NCBI GenBank assembly: GCA_963843575.1
Contig: CAWJKZ010000024.1
Location: 192,001-256,000 of the forward strand
From: an uncultured Acidobacteriota bacterium
Lineage (GTDB): Bacteria; Acidobacteriota; UBA6911
Length of the DNA stretch: 64,000 nucleotides
Direction of reading: 5' to 3'
The notes beneath the pieces are model-generated. The model saw only the letters and a list, made by a program, of their open reading frames with translations. It was not told the origin of the DNA and searched no databases. Position 1 is the first letter of the stretch. Each line of letters begins with the position of its first letter. Below are positions 11,690 to 20,181 of the stretch, one piece after another. Made by a program: the position numbers and the translations under genes.

Positions 11690-12553
11690 ATGCACCGGTT
11701 GACGGATCCATTCTGGGCATTCTGGGGCAGGATCCTGCTCAAGCCCGTGGCGTTGGTCGTGCTGAGCGCCTCGATGCTTTTCGAGGGCTATCACCTCCTC
11801 GCCCCGTCCGGGGACAGCCTCGGCGGCATCCGCCGCGATCTCGCCGAACAGGTCTGCGGCAAGGCCGTCGACGAGCTGCCGAAGATGAACGGCGTCCCGT
11901 CCCTCGCGGTTCTCAACCTCGCCGGCGACGACCAGGGGCTCGTCACCGAAATCCTGCGCGCGCGGCTCGAAGCTTCCGGCGAGTTCCGCCTGATGGAGCC
12001 CGGCTTTTTCAGGAAGCTCCTGCGCGAATTCGGCAAGGAGGAAGCGCCCGTCTCGCGTCTCGCCGACGCGGTCGACATGGCCCGCAAGCTCGGGGTCGAC
12101 CTGGTCCTCTTCGGCGAACTCCCGGAATTCAAGGCCTCGGCCGACCGTGCCGCGATCCGGCTCGAGCTGCGGATGGCCGAGCGCGCGACAGGCCAGGCTT
12201 TGTTCGCGCGCAGCTACTCGGAGAGCGTGGGCAGCGGCCCGGGTCGTTTCAGCTGGCGCGCGCGCATGGCGGGGAGCGCCAAGGGGCGCAGGATATTCAT
12301 CTGGGTCGCGTTCACCCTGCTGCTCCCACTCCTGACCGTCCCCTTGATCCGCCGCATCATCTCGGTCGAATCGAATCTCGTCAACCTCGTCCTGCTCGTG
12401 GCCTACACGGCCGTCGACCTGGCGCTCGCGTTCTTCCTGACGGGCTTCTGGATTCCCGGGATCTGGACCGCGGTCGTGCTGCTGCTCGCGCTCGCGGCGA
12501 GCGCTCTCTACAACTACGTGATTGCTTCGTTTATCGAAGAGATGAGTCACTGA
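11690..12553 (+). CDS. Membrane protein: N-terminal TM, CsgG/TolB-N/FlgO-like alpha-beta domain, 3-4 C-terminal TMs
   Basis: 'SLAVLNL...LVTEILRARLEASGEFRLME...DMARKLGVDLVLFGEL...LRMAERATGQAL' pattern, followed by hydrophobic helices; first gene of the cluster. Confidence 0.6.
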   Translation: MHRLTDPFWAFWGRILLKPVALVVLSASMLFEGYHLLAPSGDSLGGIRRDLAEQVCGKAVDELPKMNGVPSLAVLNLAGDDQGLVTEILRARLEASGEFRLMEPGFFRKLLREFGKEEAPVSRLADAVDMARKLGVDLVLFGELPEFKASADRAAIRLELRMAERATGQALFARSYSESVGSGPGRFSWRARMAGSAKGRRIFIWVAFTLLLPLLTVPLIRRIISVESNLVNLVLLVAYTAVDLALAFFLTGFWIPGIWTAVVLLLALAASALYNYVIASFIEEMSH

Positions 12554-12563
12554 GGTAACCGAT

Positions 12564-13160
12564 ATGGCTCTGTTCAAATCCAAAGAAGAGCGGCGCATCG
12601 AAAGGAACATCCAGATCCGCAAGGCCGTGACCCAGATCCGCCGCCAGATCGCCTCCAACGGCAAACACGAGAGCGATTACATCGCCAAGGCGAAGAGAGC
12701 CCGGAAAATGGGCTGGGACAACCAGTACGAGTTCCTCAAGAAGGCGATCAAGAAGACCGCCACGATCAAGGTCCGGCTCGAGCGGCAGCTGCTGGCGCTG
12801 GAATCCGCCGTGCAGATCAAGGAGCAGGCCGAAGGGCACCACGAGTTCGCGAGCGCGATGAACGCGCTGTCGAAGTCGATCGCCGAGGTGTTCGGCGCCA
12901 CCGACATGGCCAAGACCCAGGTCAATTTCGAGAAGGCGATGTCGCAGGCCGAGAGCCTGGAAGAGCGGATGGACACGTTCCTCGAGATGACGTCCGAGTC
13001 GATGTTCGACTACGAGGGGAGTTCCGAGCGCGAGCTCGTCAGCGACGGCGACATCGACAAGATGCTCGAGGAGGAAGTGCAGCACGAGGAACGCGAAGGG
13101 ATAGACGAAGAAATCGACAAGGACATTTCGGCCATCCAGAAGGAAATCGAGAAAAAATAA
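12564..13160 (+). CDS. ESCRT-III (Snf7/Vps2/Did2/CdvB)-like protein 1
   Basis: 198 aa, all-helical pattern, MALFKS N-terminus, K/R-rich first half with 'AKAKRARKMG' turn, 'FASAMNALSKSI...FEKAMSQAESLEERMD', acidic tail ending in amphipathic 'DEEIDKDISAIQK'. RBS GAGG upstream; adjacent to a Vps4-like ATPase. Confidence 0.75.
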   Translation: MALFKSKEERRIERNIQIRKAVTQIRRQIASNGKHESDYIAKAKRARKMGWDNQYEFLKKAIKKTATIKVRLERQLLALESAVQIKEQAEGHHEFASAMNALSKSIAEVFGATDMAKTQVNFEKAMSQAESLEERMDTFLEMTSESMFDYEGSSERELVSDGDIDKMLEEEVQHEEREGIDEEIDKDISAIQKEIEKK

Positions 13161-13162
13161 TG

Positions 13163-13199
13163 TGGAGTGCGCGCCTCGGCGCCTCGACGCCGCACTCCA
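13163..13199. repeat. Short REP-like family A palindrome between ESCRT-III-1 and Vps4-A
   Basis: TGGAGTGCG...CGCACTCCA inverted arms. Confidence 0.7.
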
Positions 13200-13203
13200 G
13201 AAG

Positions 13204-14310
13204 ATGAATACGATGCAGTTCTTCCTTGATCAGTACGAGAAGAACAAGGACCAGGGGCTCGACTATCTCAAGGTCGGGGACTACGAGCAGGCAGGTTACC
13301 ACCTGCTCCTCGCGGCGAAGTACCTGCTGACCGCGGCGCAGCGGTCGGAGCCGGGGCTCAAGAAAGTGAGACACGCGAAGGCGTTGAAGCTGCGCGAGCT
13401 CGCGCTCTCGGCGAAGGGTCGGACTCCCCCCAGGAAGGCTGCGGGGGCCAGGGACCAGGACGGCGATCTGACGCCCGAGAGCAAGTGGATTGTCTCCGAG
13501 AAGCCGAACGTCCGGTTCGACCAGGTCGCCGGCCTCGCGGACGTCAAGGAAGCGATCAACCTGCGCGTCATCCTGCCGTTTCGCAATCCCGACGCCGCGA
13601 AGCGCTTCAGGAAGAAGGCGGGGGGCGGCATCCTCCTGTACGGACCGCCGGGCACCGGCAAGACGATGATCGGCAAAGCGGTCGCGACCGAGCTCGACGC
13701 GCAGTTCCTCAACGTCAAGAGCTCGAACATCATGTCGCCGTGGGTCGGGGTGGCCGAGCAGAACCTCGCGCGGCTGTTCGAGGTGGCGCGCCGGTATCCC
13801 ATCTCGGTGATTTTCCTGGATGAGACCGAGGCCCTGGTCGGGAAGCGCGGCAGCCAGTCGACCGTGATGAACCGCGTAGTCCCGGAGTTCCTCTCGCAGG
13901 TCGACGGACTCGACCCGAAGGTGAACTGCATCCTGCTGATGGGGGCCACGAACCGGCCGTGGGACATGGACGAGGCGGCCCTGCGCACCGGGCGCTTCGG
14001 CGAGATGATCTACGTGGGTCTCCCCGATGCCGCGGCCCGCGAACAGATACTCCATTTCCACCTGGACGGCATCCCGATGGCGTCCGACATCGACCTCCCT
14101 GCCCTGGCGGCGAGGCTGGACGGCTTCAGCGGAGCGGACATCGCGGGTGTCTGCATCAAAGCGACCGATTTCCCCTTTCAGCGGCAGATCCGCTCGGGGG
14201 CCGACACGATTCTGACCAAGGAGGACCTGGACCGGGCCGCTGCGGAAGTCGTCCCGTCGGTGACCCAGGCCATGCTGGAGCGCTATCGCAAGTTCGCGGA
14301 GGCGAGGTAA
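13204..14310 (+). CDS. Vps4/CdvC-like single-ring AAA+ ATPase A with N-terminal MIT-like domain
   Basis: MIT-like helices (GDYEQAGYHLLLAAKYLL...HAKALKLRELA); IVSEKPNVRFDQVAGL, GILLYGPPGTGKT, pore loop SPWVG, Walker B IFLDE, GATNRPW, Vps4_C-like end (LTKEDLDRAAAEVVPSVTQAMLERYRKF). Start moved to ATG 13204 because GTG 13162 is inside the repeat. Confidence 0.85.
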   Translation: MNTMQFFLDQYEKNKDQGLDYLKVGDYEQAGYHLLLAAKYLLTAAQRSEPGLKKVRHAKALKLRELALSAKGRTPPRKAAGARDQDGDLTPESKWIVSEKPNVRFDQVAGLADVKEAINLRVILPFRNPDAAKRFRKKAGGGILLYGPPGTGKTMIGKAVATELDAQFLNVKSSNIMSPWVGVAEQNLARLFEVARRYPISVIFLDETEALVGKRGSQSTVMNRVVPEFLSQVDGLDPKVNCILLMGATNRPWDMDEAALRTGRFGEMIYVGLPDAAAREQILHFHLDGIPMASDIDLPALAARLDGFSGADIAGVCIKATDFPFQRQIRSGADTILTKEDLDRAAAEVVPSVTQAMLERYRKFAEAR

Positions 14311-14334
14311 CGCCGCCCGCTTTGGAGTCGACCG

Positions 14335-15030
14335 ATGAGTGACCCCGTAAGCCACAGCCTCCCTGCCGCGCCGCGCTGGGGCGAACTCTTCCTCGAGCGG
14401 TTCGACCTGAACGTGCGCGCCTGCGGCGCCGTCGTGCACCCGGCCGACGGGACCGTGCTCAAGGTCAATCCGAAGATGCTGGGGCAAACTTTCCGCCGGG
14501 ACTTCGGCGAAGTGGTGCTCTTCTCGCTCTCCGCCGGCCTCATCGCCAGATCCCGCCTGCACCTGGCCGCCATCCGGCTGAACGACGGCGTCCCCGAGCC
14601 GGAACTCCTGCGCCGCGTGGGCGGTCCCGACGGACTCGATTTCGTGGGCGATCATTTTTACTCCGTCGGGTTGTTCGCGCCCGGCGGCTGGCCCGAAGAG
14701 TGGAAGGCACAGGCGGCGCTGCGCGGCAACGCGCTGTTCTACCTGGTCGAGAAGGGGGACGGAACCGGCTGGGGCGTGTTCGGCCCGGAAAACCCTCTCC
14801 TGCGGCTGTTCGACCCCGAGACGACCATCGAGAAGGCGGCCCGGGCGGCGCAGGCCCTCGCGGGGCACCCACGGCTCGTGATGCCGGGGGACCAGGTCGA
14901 AGCCGGCGCGTTCGCCGCGGAACTGCGCCTGGACGCGGAGGCCCTGGAGAAAGCGCTGGCAGCTTCGCAGGGGCGCTTCCACAAGATGGAGTACAAGGGC
15001 AAGACCTACATACAGCGGTCAATCCGGTAG
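14335..15030 (+). CDS. Hypothetical protein with probable C-terminal winged-helix domain
   Basis: 231 aa; GGAG upstream; C-terminal helix-strand-helix-helix-hairpin pattern (EKAARAAQAL...VEAGAFAAELRLDAEALEKALAAS..RFHKMEYKGKTYIQR). Confidence 0.55.
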   Translation: MSDPVSHSLPAAPRWGELFLERFDLNVRACGAVVHPADGTVLKVNPKMLGQTFRRDFGEVVLFSLSAGLIARSRLHLAAIRLNDGVPEPELLRRVGGPDGLDFVGDHFYSVGLFAPGGWPEEWKAQAALRGNALFYLVEKGDGTGWGVFGPENPLLRLFDPETTIEKAARAAQALAGHPRLVMPGDQVEAGAFAAELRLDAEALEKALAASQGRFHKMEYKGKTYIQRSIR

Positions 15031-15038
15031 GAGGAATC

Positions 15039-15650
15039 ATGTCCGTGATGGAGAAACTCAGAGCGCTGTTCCAGAGCGAGAGTCTGCCGGACGAGACGCG
15101 CCAGCTTTACAGCAGGGCGTCCACGCCGCACGAACTCATCAAGGAGCTGGAGGGGTTGCGGGGCCGCAACGAGGTCGACCTGCGCGAGAACGAGCAGGAG
15201 CTGATCGGGCTCGAGAAGGCGGTCCTGCTGGAGGAGGACGCCGTGCGCCGGGGAGGGATGACCCCGACCGAAGAGACGATCGTGCTGCGCCGGATCGAAC
15301 GGCTGCAAAAGCAGCGGGAGAACCTCGACCGGCAGGTCTCGATCTACAACGAAAACGTCAACCTGCACCTCAACCTCATCGCCAGAATCCAGGAGATGGA
15401 GGCGATGCGCTCCCGCGGGGTCGCCGAGGACCAGATCGACCGGCTCGTCGAGGATGTCGAGGGGCACGTCGAAGAGTACAAACGGGTGAGCATTGCGGCC
15501 GAAGGGGGCTCGACCATGGGTTCGGCCATCGACCACTCGGCCGAGCGCCGCCGCCTGGACGAGATCAAGAACCGCATCCTGGCCAGGGACAGGGAACGTC
15601 CACGCGCCGCGGACGAGGAACCCGTCGAACCCCCCAAAGACCTGGAGTGA
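15039..15650 (+). CDS. ESCRT-III-like coiled-coil protein 2
   Basis: Strong RBS GGAGGA then ATG 15039 (the track start at 14700 overlaps the previous gene). 203 aa, amphipathic 'MEKLRALF' start, long helical hairpin, tail 'LDEIKNRILAR...EEPVEPPKDLE'. Confidence 0.6.
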   Translation: MSVMEKLRALFQSESLPDETRQLYSRASTPHELIKELEGLRGRNEVDLRENEQELIGLEKAVLLEEDAVRRGGMTPTEETIVLRRIERLQKQRENLDRQVSIYNENVNLHLNLIARIQEMEAMRSRGVAEDQIDRLVEDVEGHVEEYKRVSIAAEGGSTMGSAIDHSAERRRLDEIKNRILARDRERPRAADEEPVEPPKDLE

Positions 15651-15686
15651 TCCCAGCTATCACGATTCATCAAAGGAGATCGAATC

Positions 15687-16307
15687 ATGAACCTGATCGA
15701 AAAGCTGTTCAGCAAATCGCCCACCGCGGCGGACCTCCGGGTCCAGCTCAAGGAGATCGAAAGGGACCAGAAGAAGAAGCGGCGCGACCTCGACATCGTC
15801 GAGCGCAACAAGCAGCAGAAGGTCAAGGAAGCCGTCGCCGCAAAGAAGAATGGCAAACAGGAGGTGCTCCGGGACATCTTCCGGGAGATGCGGCAGATGG
15901 AGATCGAGAACGGCTATGCAAACGCCGACCTGCGCCGCCTGTCGCTGGCCAAGACCGCGCTGACGTCCTTCCTGCGCAAGATGGAGATGCTCGAGCGGAA
16001 GAAGGACCGGAAGAGCCTGCAGAACCTGATCGTGCGGTTCAAAGACAGCTCGATCCAGAAGGCGATCGACACGGCGGAAGTCGACGACGACACCTTCAAC
16101 GACATGCTGGAAGAGATCCTCGGCGAAGAGGAGTTGTCGGTCACGCAGGGGAGGGTGAAAGAAGATACCGGGTTTGCCGACTTCGACCGGGCGATCGGCG
16201 AGATGGCGAAGGCCGAGGAGGCCGGTTCGGACGAAGAGGATCTCAACAAGTTCCAGGAAGAGATCGACAAGGCCGTCCGGGCGGAAAAAGTGCGGGACGA
16301 GGCGTAG
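15687..16307 (+). CDS. ESCRT-III (Vps2/Vps24-like) protein 3
   Basis: RBS AAGGAG; 206 aa; 'MNLIEKLFSKSPTAADLRVQLKEIERDQKKKRRDL..ERNKQQKVKEAVAAKKNGKQEVLRDIFREM' follows the Vps2/Vps24 N-terminal pattern; basic N-half, acidic C-half. Confidence 0.75.
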   Translation: MNLIEKLFSKSPTAADLRVQLKEIERDQKKKRRDLDIVERNKQQKVKEAVAAKKNGKQEVLRDIFREMRQMEIENGYANADLRRLSLAKTALTSFLRKMEMLERKKDRKSLQNLIVRFKDSSIQKAIDTAEVDDDTFNDMLEEILGEEELSVTQGRVKEDTGFADFDRAIGEMAKAEEAGSDEEDLNKFQEEIDKAVRAEKVRDEA

Positions 16308-16331
16308 CAGGGGTTCTGGAGGCCTGATCAC

Positions 16332-17552
16332 ATGGACGTCGACCTGAGCGGGCCGCTGAAAGTGTCGCTGGACAAGACACTGGCCGAGGCGCGGGAGCTC
16401 GAAGGGCAGAACAAGGGCCAGGAGGCGGCCGTCGCCTACCTGAAGGCGTCGAAGCTGATGAAGAGCTACGCCGACTACGCGCTCACCCGCGACGACCAGG
16501 TGCGGAGGCGCCAGAAGGCGCGGCAGTACCTGGAGTGGGCCGAGGCGCTCAAGGCCGGCAAGCGGCGGGTGGCCGCAGCCGCCGCGCCCGTGCGGGCTGC
16601 ACCGGTTGCCGGCGGCGTCAAGGAGGCCGCCGCCGGGGACGAGGAACAGTACTCGCGCGACATCGCGTCGCTGATCCACCGCAGCAAGGTGACGTGGGAC
16701 AAGATCGGCGGGCTCGAGGAGACCAAGCGTGAGATCAAGTTCACGTACGGGCTCGCGCTGGCCCGGAAACCGGAAGGGATGAAGCTCGCGGGGTGGCGCC
16801 GCATGCTCTTCTACGGGCCGCCCGGGACCGGCAAGACGTTGCTGGCGGCGGCTACCAGCAACGGGCTGGGCGCGACCTTCTTCAACGTCAAGGCGAGCAA
16901 CCTCCTGTCGAAGTACTTCGGCGAGTCCTCGAAGCTGATCACGGAGCTGTTCGACGCCGCCCGGAGCGAGGCCGACGAAGGCTTCGCCGTCATTTTCATC
17001 GACGAGGTCGAGTCGCTCTGCCTGCCGCGCGGCGACGGCTCGGAGAGCGGCGCCGAGAGGCGCGTCCTGTCGACGATCCTGTCGGAGCTCGACGGGCTGG
17101 CGGACAAGGGTGAGGACCGGTTCGTCCTGACCATCGCGGCGACCAACGCGCCGTGGGACCTCGACGACGCGGTGCTCAGCCGCTTTCAGAAGAGAATTTA
17201 CATCCCGCTGCCCGACGCCGAAGCGCGCAAGTCGATACTCGAGATCCTGCTGCTCAAGGCGGGCCACACGCTGGACTACCCGCTCGGGGAGGTCATCGAG
17301 CACTCGGAGTGGTTCAGCGGGCGCGACCTGGAACGGCTGGCGAACCAGGCGGTCAACGTCATGGTCGAGGAACTCAACAGCCAGATTCCGCGCTGCGTCG
17401 ACGCCGGGCGGGAGTCGATCGAGGGCTACCAGCTCAAGGTGCGCCCGCTCGGCAAGAGCGATTTCGACGAGGCGTTCCGGCGCATACGGGTGGACGTGGA
17501 CCGGCTGAAAAAGCTGGAGACGCGCTTTCGCGAGTTCGCAGAGAGCAATTGA
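16332..17552 (+). CDS. Vps4/CdvC-like AAA+ ATPase B with clear MIT domain
   Basis: MIT signature (AEARELE...EAAVAYLKASKLM...RQKARQYLEWAEALK); VTWDKIGGLE, GPPGTGKT, FFNVKASNLLSKYFGESSKL, IFIDEVESL, ESGAERR, AATNAPWDLD, RFQKRIYIPLPD. Confidence 0.9.
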   Translation: MDVDLSGPLKVSLDKTLAEARELEGQNKGQEAAVAYLKASKLMKSYADYALTRDDQVRRRQKARQYLEWAEALKAGKRRVAAAAAPVRAAPVAGGVKEAAAGDEEQYSRDIASLIHRSKVTWDKIGGLEETKREIKFTYGLALARKPEGMKLAGWRRMLFYGPPGTGKTLLAAATSNGLGATFFNVKASNLLSKYFGESSKLITELFDAARSEADEGFAVIFIDEVESLCLPRGDGSESGAERRVLSTILSELDGLADKGEDRFVLTIAATNAPWDLDDAVLSRFQKRIYIPLPDAEARKSILEILLLKAGHTLDYPLGEVIEHSEWFSGRDLERLANQAVNVMVEELNSQIPRCVDAGRESIEGYQLKVRPLGKSDFDEAFRRIRVDVDRLKKLETRFREFAESN

Positions 17553-17570
17553 GGACTTCCGGGGAATCCG

Positions 17571-18542
17571 ATGGCGGTTTGCGGTCAGTGTAAACAGGAC
17601 GGCGGGGAAAAGAAGTTCTGCACCAACTGCGGCGCGCCCATGGTTGAGCCGGCCGCGCCCGCTCAGAAAGCGCAGGCGTCCGGGGTGCGGCTTGGGGACA
17701 TCGGGTTCGTGAAGGGGAACATCACCGACTCGAGCACGGTCACGACGACCACCACCAACGTCGGGCAGATCAACATCGGGATGCCTGCCGGCACGTCCCC
17801 CGCGGCCCCGTGTTGCCCCATCTGCGGCGAGTACCCGGAGCTGCGCGAGAGCTTCCGCTGCATGGCGTGCGGGCGCGACTACATCTGCAAGAGGCACCGC
17901 CACCCCGAGCAAAGGATCTGCACCGCGTGCGTCCGCCGGCGCGAGATGGTGTGGGTGCCGCCGGGCGGATCGTTCGACGGGTTCTGGATGGACCGTGCGA
18001 AGGTGACCTGCGAGGCCTACCGGCGATTCCTGGTGGCCAATCCCGGCTGGCAGAAAGGGAGCGTCGATGGGAAGCGCCACGACGGCTACTATCTCAGGGA
18101 TTGGAACGGGAACGACTACCCGGCCGGGAAGGGCGGCCAGCCGGTGGTCTACGTCAGCTGGTACGCGGCCCGCGCCTGCGCGGAGTGGTCCGGGAAGCGG
18201 CTCCCGACCGAGGCCGAGTGGGAGTACGGCTGCCGCGCGGGAACGAACACGGCCTACTGGTGGGGGGACGAGTTCGCCCTGGGGCGGGCCGCCGAAGCCA
18301 ACCCTTGGGGACTGCGCGGCATGTCGGGGTGCCTGTGGGAGTGGACGTCATCGCCCTTCAGCGACGACCCCGCGGATGCGGGGCCGCGCAGCTGCCGCGG
18401 CGGCTCGAAATGGGGGGATGCGGCCGAAGCCCGCTCCTCCGCGCGCAGCGGCCGCGCCCCGAGAGGCTGCAGCGTGATGGTCGGTTTCCGGTGCGTCGAG
18501 AGCGGAGACTGTCCAACGACGAAGCCACTCGACCAGATGTGA
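17571..18542 (+). CDS. Zinc-ribbon + AN1-like zinc finger + FGE-sulfatase (SUMF1)-like domain protein
   Basis: CGQC..FCTNCG; CPIC..FRCMACGRDYICKRHRHPE..C; PVVYVSW, KRLPTEAEWEY, NPWGL..MSG..WEW, RGGS, GFRCV. Confidence 0.8.
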   Translation: MAVCGQCKQDGGEKKFCTNCGAPMVEPAAPAQKAQASGVRLGDIGFVKGNITDSSTVTTTTTNVGQINIGMPAGTSPAAPCCPICGEYPELRESFRCMACGRDYICKRHRHPEQRICTACVRRREMVWVPPGGSFDGFWMDRAKVTCEAYRRFLVANPGWQKGSVDGKRHDGYYLRDWNGNDYPAGKGGQPVVYVSWYAARACAEWSGKRLPTEAEWEYGCRAGTNTAYWWGDEFALGRAAEANPWGLRGMSGCLWEWTSSPFSDDPADAGPRSCRGGSKWGDAAEARSSARSGRAPRGCSVMVGFRCVESGDCPTTKPLDQM

Positions 18543-18544
18543 TT

Positions 18545-18572
18545 CAAGTGGGTCTGGGCTTCAGCCCGGACG
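18545..18572. repeat. REP-like palindrome, family B (AAGTGG-GTC[C/T]GGGCT-TC-AGCCCGGAC)
   Basis: One mismatch to the copies at 35443, 42609 and 44479. Confidence 0.75.
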
Positions 18573-18672
18573 TCTTTTGATCTGAGCTATACAGCTAAGC
18601 ATGCGCTGTATAGCGACCGACGAACCAGCGTCCCACTTGAGGACTTTCGCTTGAGGCACTGAGGTTTGCTAG

Positions 18673-20181
18673 ATGATGATGGATGCCGCGGACCAATTGA
18701 AGGAGCTGCTTCTCAAACTCAAGCAGAACCTCCCGCTCACGATCGCGACCACGATCGTAATGAGCATCCTCGTCATATCATGGAAAAAACTCCTTCATTT
18801 TGCGAAACGCAGACTCGGTTTCGAAGAGCCTCCCAAGGAAGTCCTGAAACCCTCGCTCCCTGAAGGCGATTTTGCCCGTCTGTCGACGCTCGACAAGTTC
18901 CGTTCCGGCTTCTCGGTGCCCTTCGGCTGGCGCGGCGCCGTCGTCGACGCCGGCGTGGTTCAGCGTGAGCTCGGCCCCGGCCGCTACCGCCGGCGCGCCG
19001 TCGCGAAGATAATCGCCTCCCTGCGGCTCGGCGAAAACGCGCACGTCGTCTTCTGGCGGGACCAGGAGTTCCCCGTAGTGCTCTATCTCCGTGATCTCTT
19101 CGCCTCCGACCACCAGCCCATGCAGCTCGAGATCCGGAGCACGGCCCGGGTGCGGCCCGATCGTCTGACGCACTCCTCCCCGGAGGAGATCAACCGCGAC
19201 CCGGCCTGCTGGGCGGAGGATCTCTCGGCCGGCATCGCGGTTGCCGCCCGCCAGTGGGTGGCCGGTATGGCGGCAGAGGCGCCGTATCACAACGCGGCCA
19301 AGCTCTCCGAGTGGTGCGACGTGGCTGCCGGCTGGATCCGGTCCGCCCTCGAGCGCTCGACTTTCGAACTGGTGCGAGTTACCGGGTTCCGGTTGTTCAG
19401 CCCGGTGCTCGACAAGGTCTTCGCCGAATACGGCGAGGCGGCGCTGGAGCACGAGGCCGCGCGCCGCGAGGTGGAGCGCAACAAGGTGCGCGGGGCGCTG
19501 CGCCAGGCCGTGCTCGCCGGCCAACTGGAGGAGGTCCGGGACCAGAGCGAGCACGAACAGGCGGTGCGCGCCATCGAGCAGGAAAAAGAGCTCCGCGAGA
19601 AAGCCCTGCGGCAGGAACTGGCGCAGGCCGAACTCACGGAACTGGAAGACAAACTGAGACTCTGGAAGAAGAAGCAGGACCTGTTGCTCCAGACGCTCGA
19701 CCTGTCGGGGCAGGACTCCGCCCGGCAGTTTGATGCCCCCGACTCGCCGTTCTCCGCCCACGAGCGCGAACAGATCCGGGCAGTGCTGCAGAGTCAAAGG
19801 GCGATGTCGACGCAACCCGAGGAAGTGCTCCCGCTGCTCGCCCGCAGCACAGAGATCCAGTGGGCCGCGTTCGACCCGCTTGCCCGGATCCGCGGCCCGC
19901 ACACGCTGCGCGTCGGCGAGGGGTGGCGGTTCTTCGACGGGGTGAGCCTGTGGAGAATCGTGCTGACCCGCATCGACACGCGTCGTAACGGGTTCTTGTG
20001 GCAGCGGGAGACGCCGTCGCGCGCGTATTTCGAAGTGCGCGGCACGCCCGACGGCCGGCGCTACGAGCAGGTTGTCGAACTGAACAAACACTTCCGGCTG
20101 AGCGCCGGCCCCCACGAGATGAGTGTCGACTTCATCGGCGGCAGCGCGAGCCGGATTTCACTCCAGGTAGGCCAGGCCTGA
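18673..20181 (+). CDS. Membrane-anchored SPFH/Band-7-like protein with coiled coil and C-terminal beta domain
   Basis: N-terminal TM (LTIATTIVMSILVISW); SPFH-like 'FSVPFGWRGAVVDAGVVQRELGPGRY...RDLFASDHQPMQLEI'; E/R/A-rich coiled coil. Confidence 0.65.
   Translation: MMMDAADQLKELLLKLKQNLPLTIATTIVMSILVISWKKLLHFAKRRLGFEEPPKEVLKPSLPEGDFARLSTLDKFRSGFSVPFGWRGAVVDAGVVQRELGPGRYRRRAVAKIIASLRLGENAHVVFWRDQEFPVVLYLRDLFASDHQPMQLEIRSTARVRPDRLTHSSPEEINRDPACWAEDLSAGIAVAARQWVAGMAAEAPYHNAAKLSEWCDVAAGWIRSALERSTFELVRVTGFRLFSPVLDKVFAEYGEAALEHEAARREVERNKVRGALRQAVLAGQLEEVRDQSEHEQAVRAIEQEKELREKALRQELAQAELTELEDKLRLWKKKQDLLLQTLDLSGQDSARQFDAPDSPFSAHEREQIRAVLQSQRAMSTQPEEVLPLLARSTEIQWAAFDPLARIRGPHTLRVGEGWRFFDGVSLWRIVLTRIDTRRNGFLWQRETPSRAYFEVRGTPDGRRYEQVVELNKHFRLSAGPHEMSVDFIGGSASRISLQVGQA

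Noticed and set aside
12564-16307. The helical proteins as an ordinary PspA/Vipp1 phage-shock operon
   Set aside because: They lack the typical PspA N-terminal 'EDP..L.Q' pattern, no PspB/C/F-like genes are seen, and they flank MIT-Vps4-type ATPases.
13204-17552. The ATPases as FtsH, Cdc48 or proteasomal ARC
   Set aside because: Each has a single AAA domain, no TM or HExxH protease domain, no second ring and no OB domain. MIT-like N-termini and Vps4_C-like ends are present.
17950-18542. FGE domain as target of a diversity-generating retroelement
   Set aside because: No reverse transcriptase and no template repeat of its 3' end were seen in the window.
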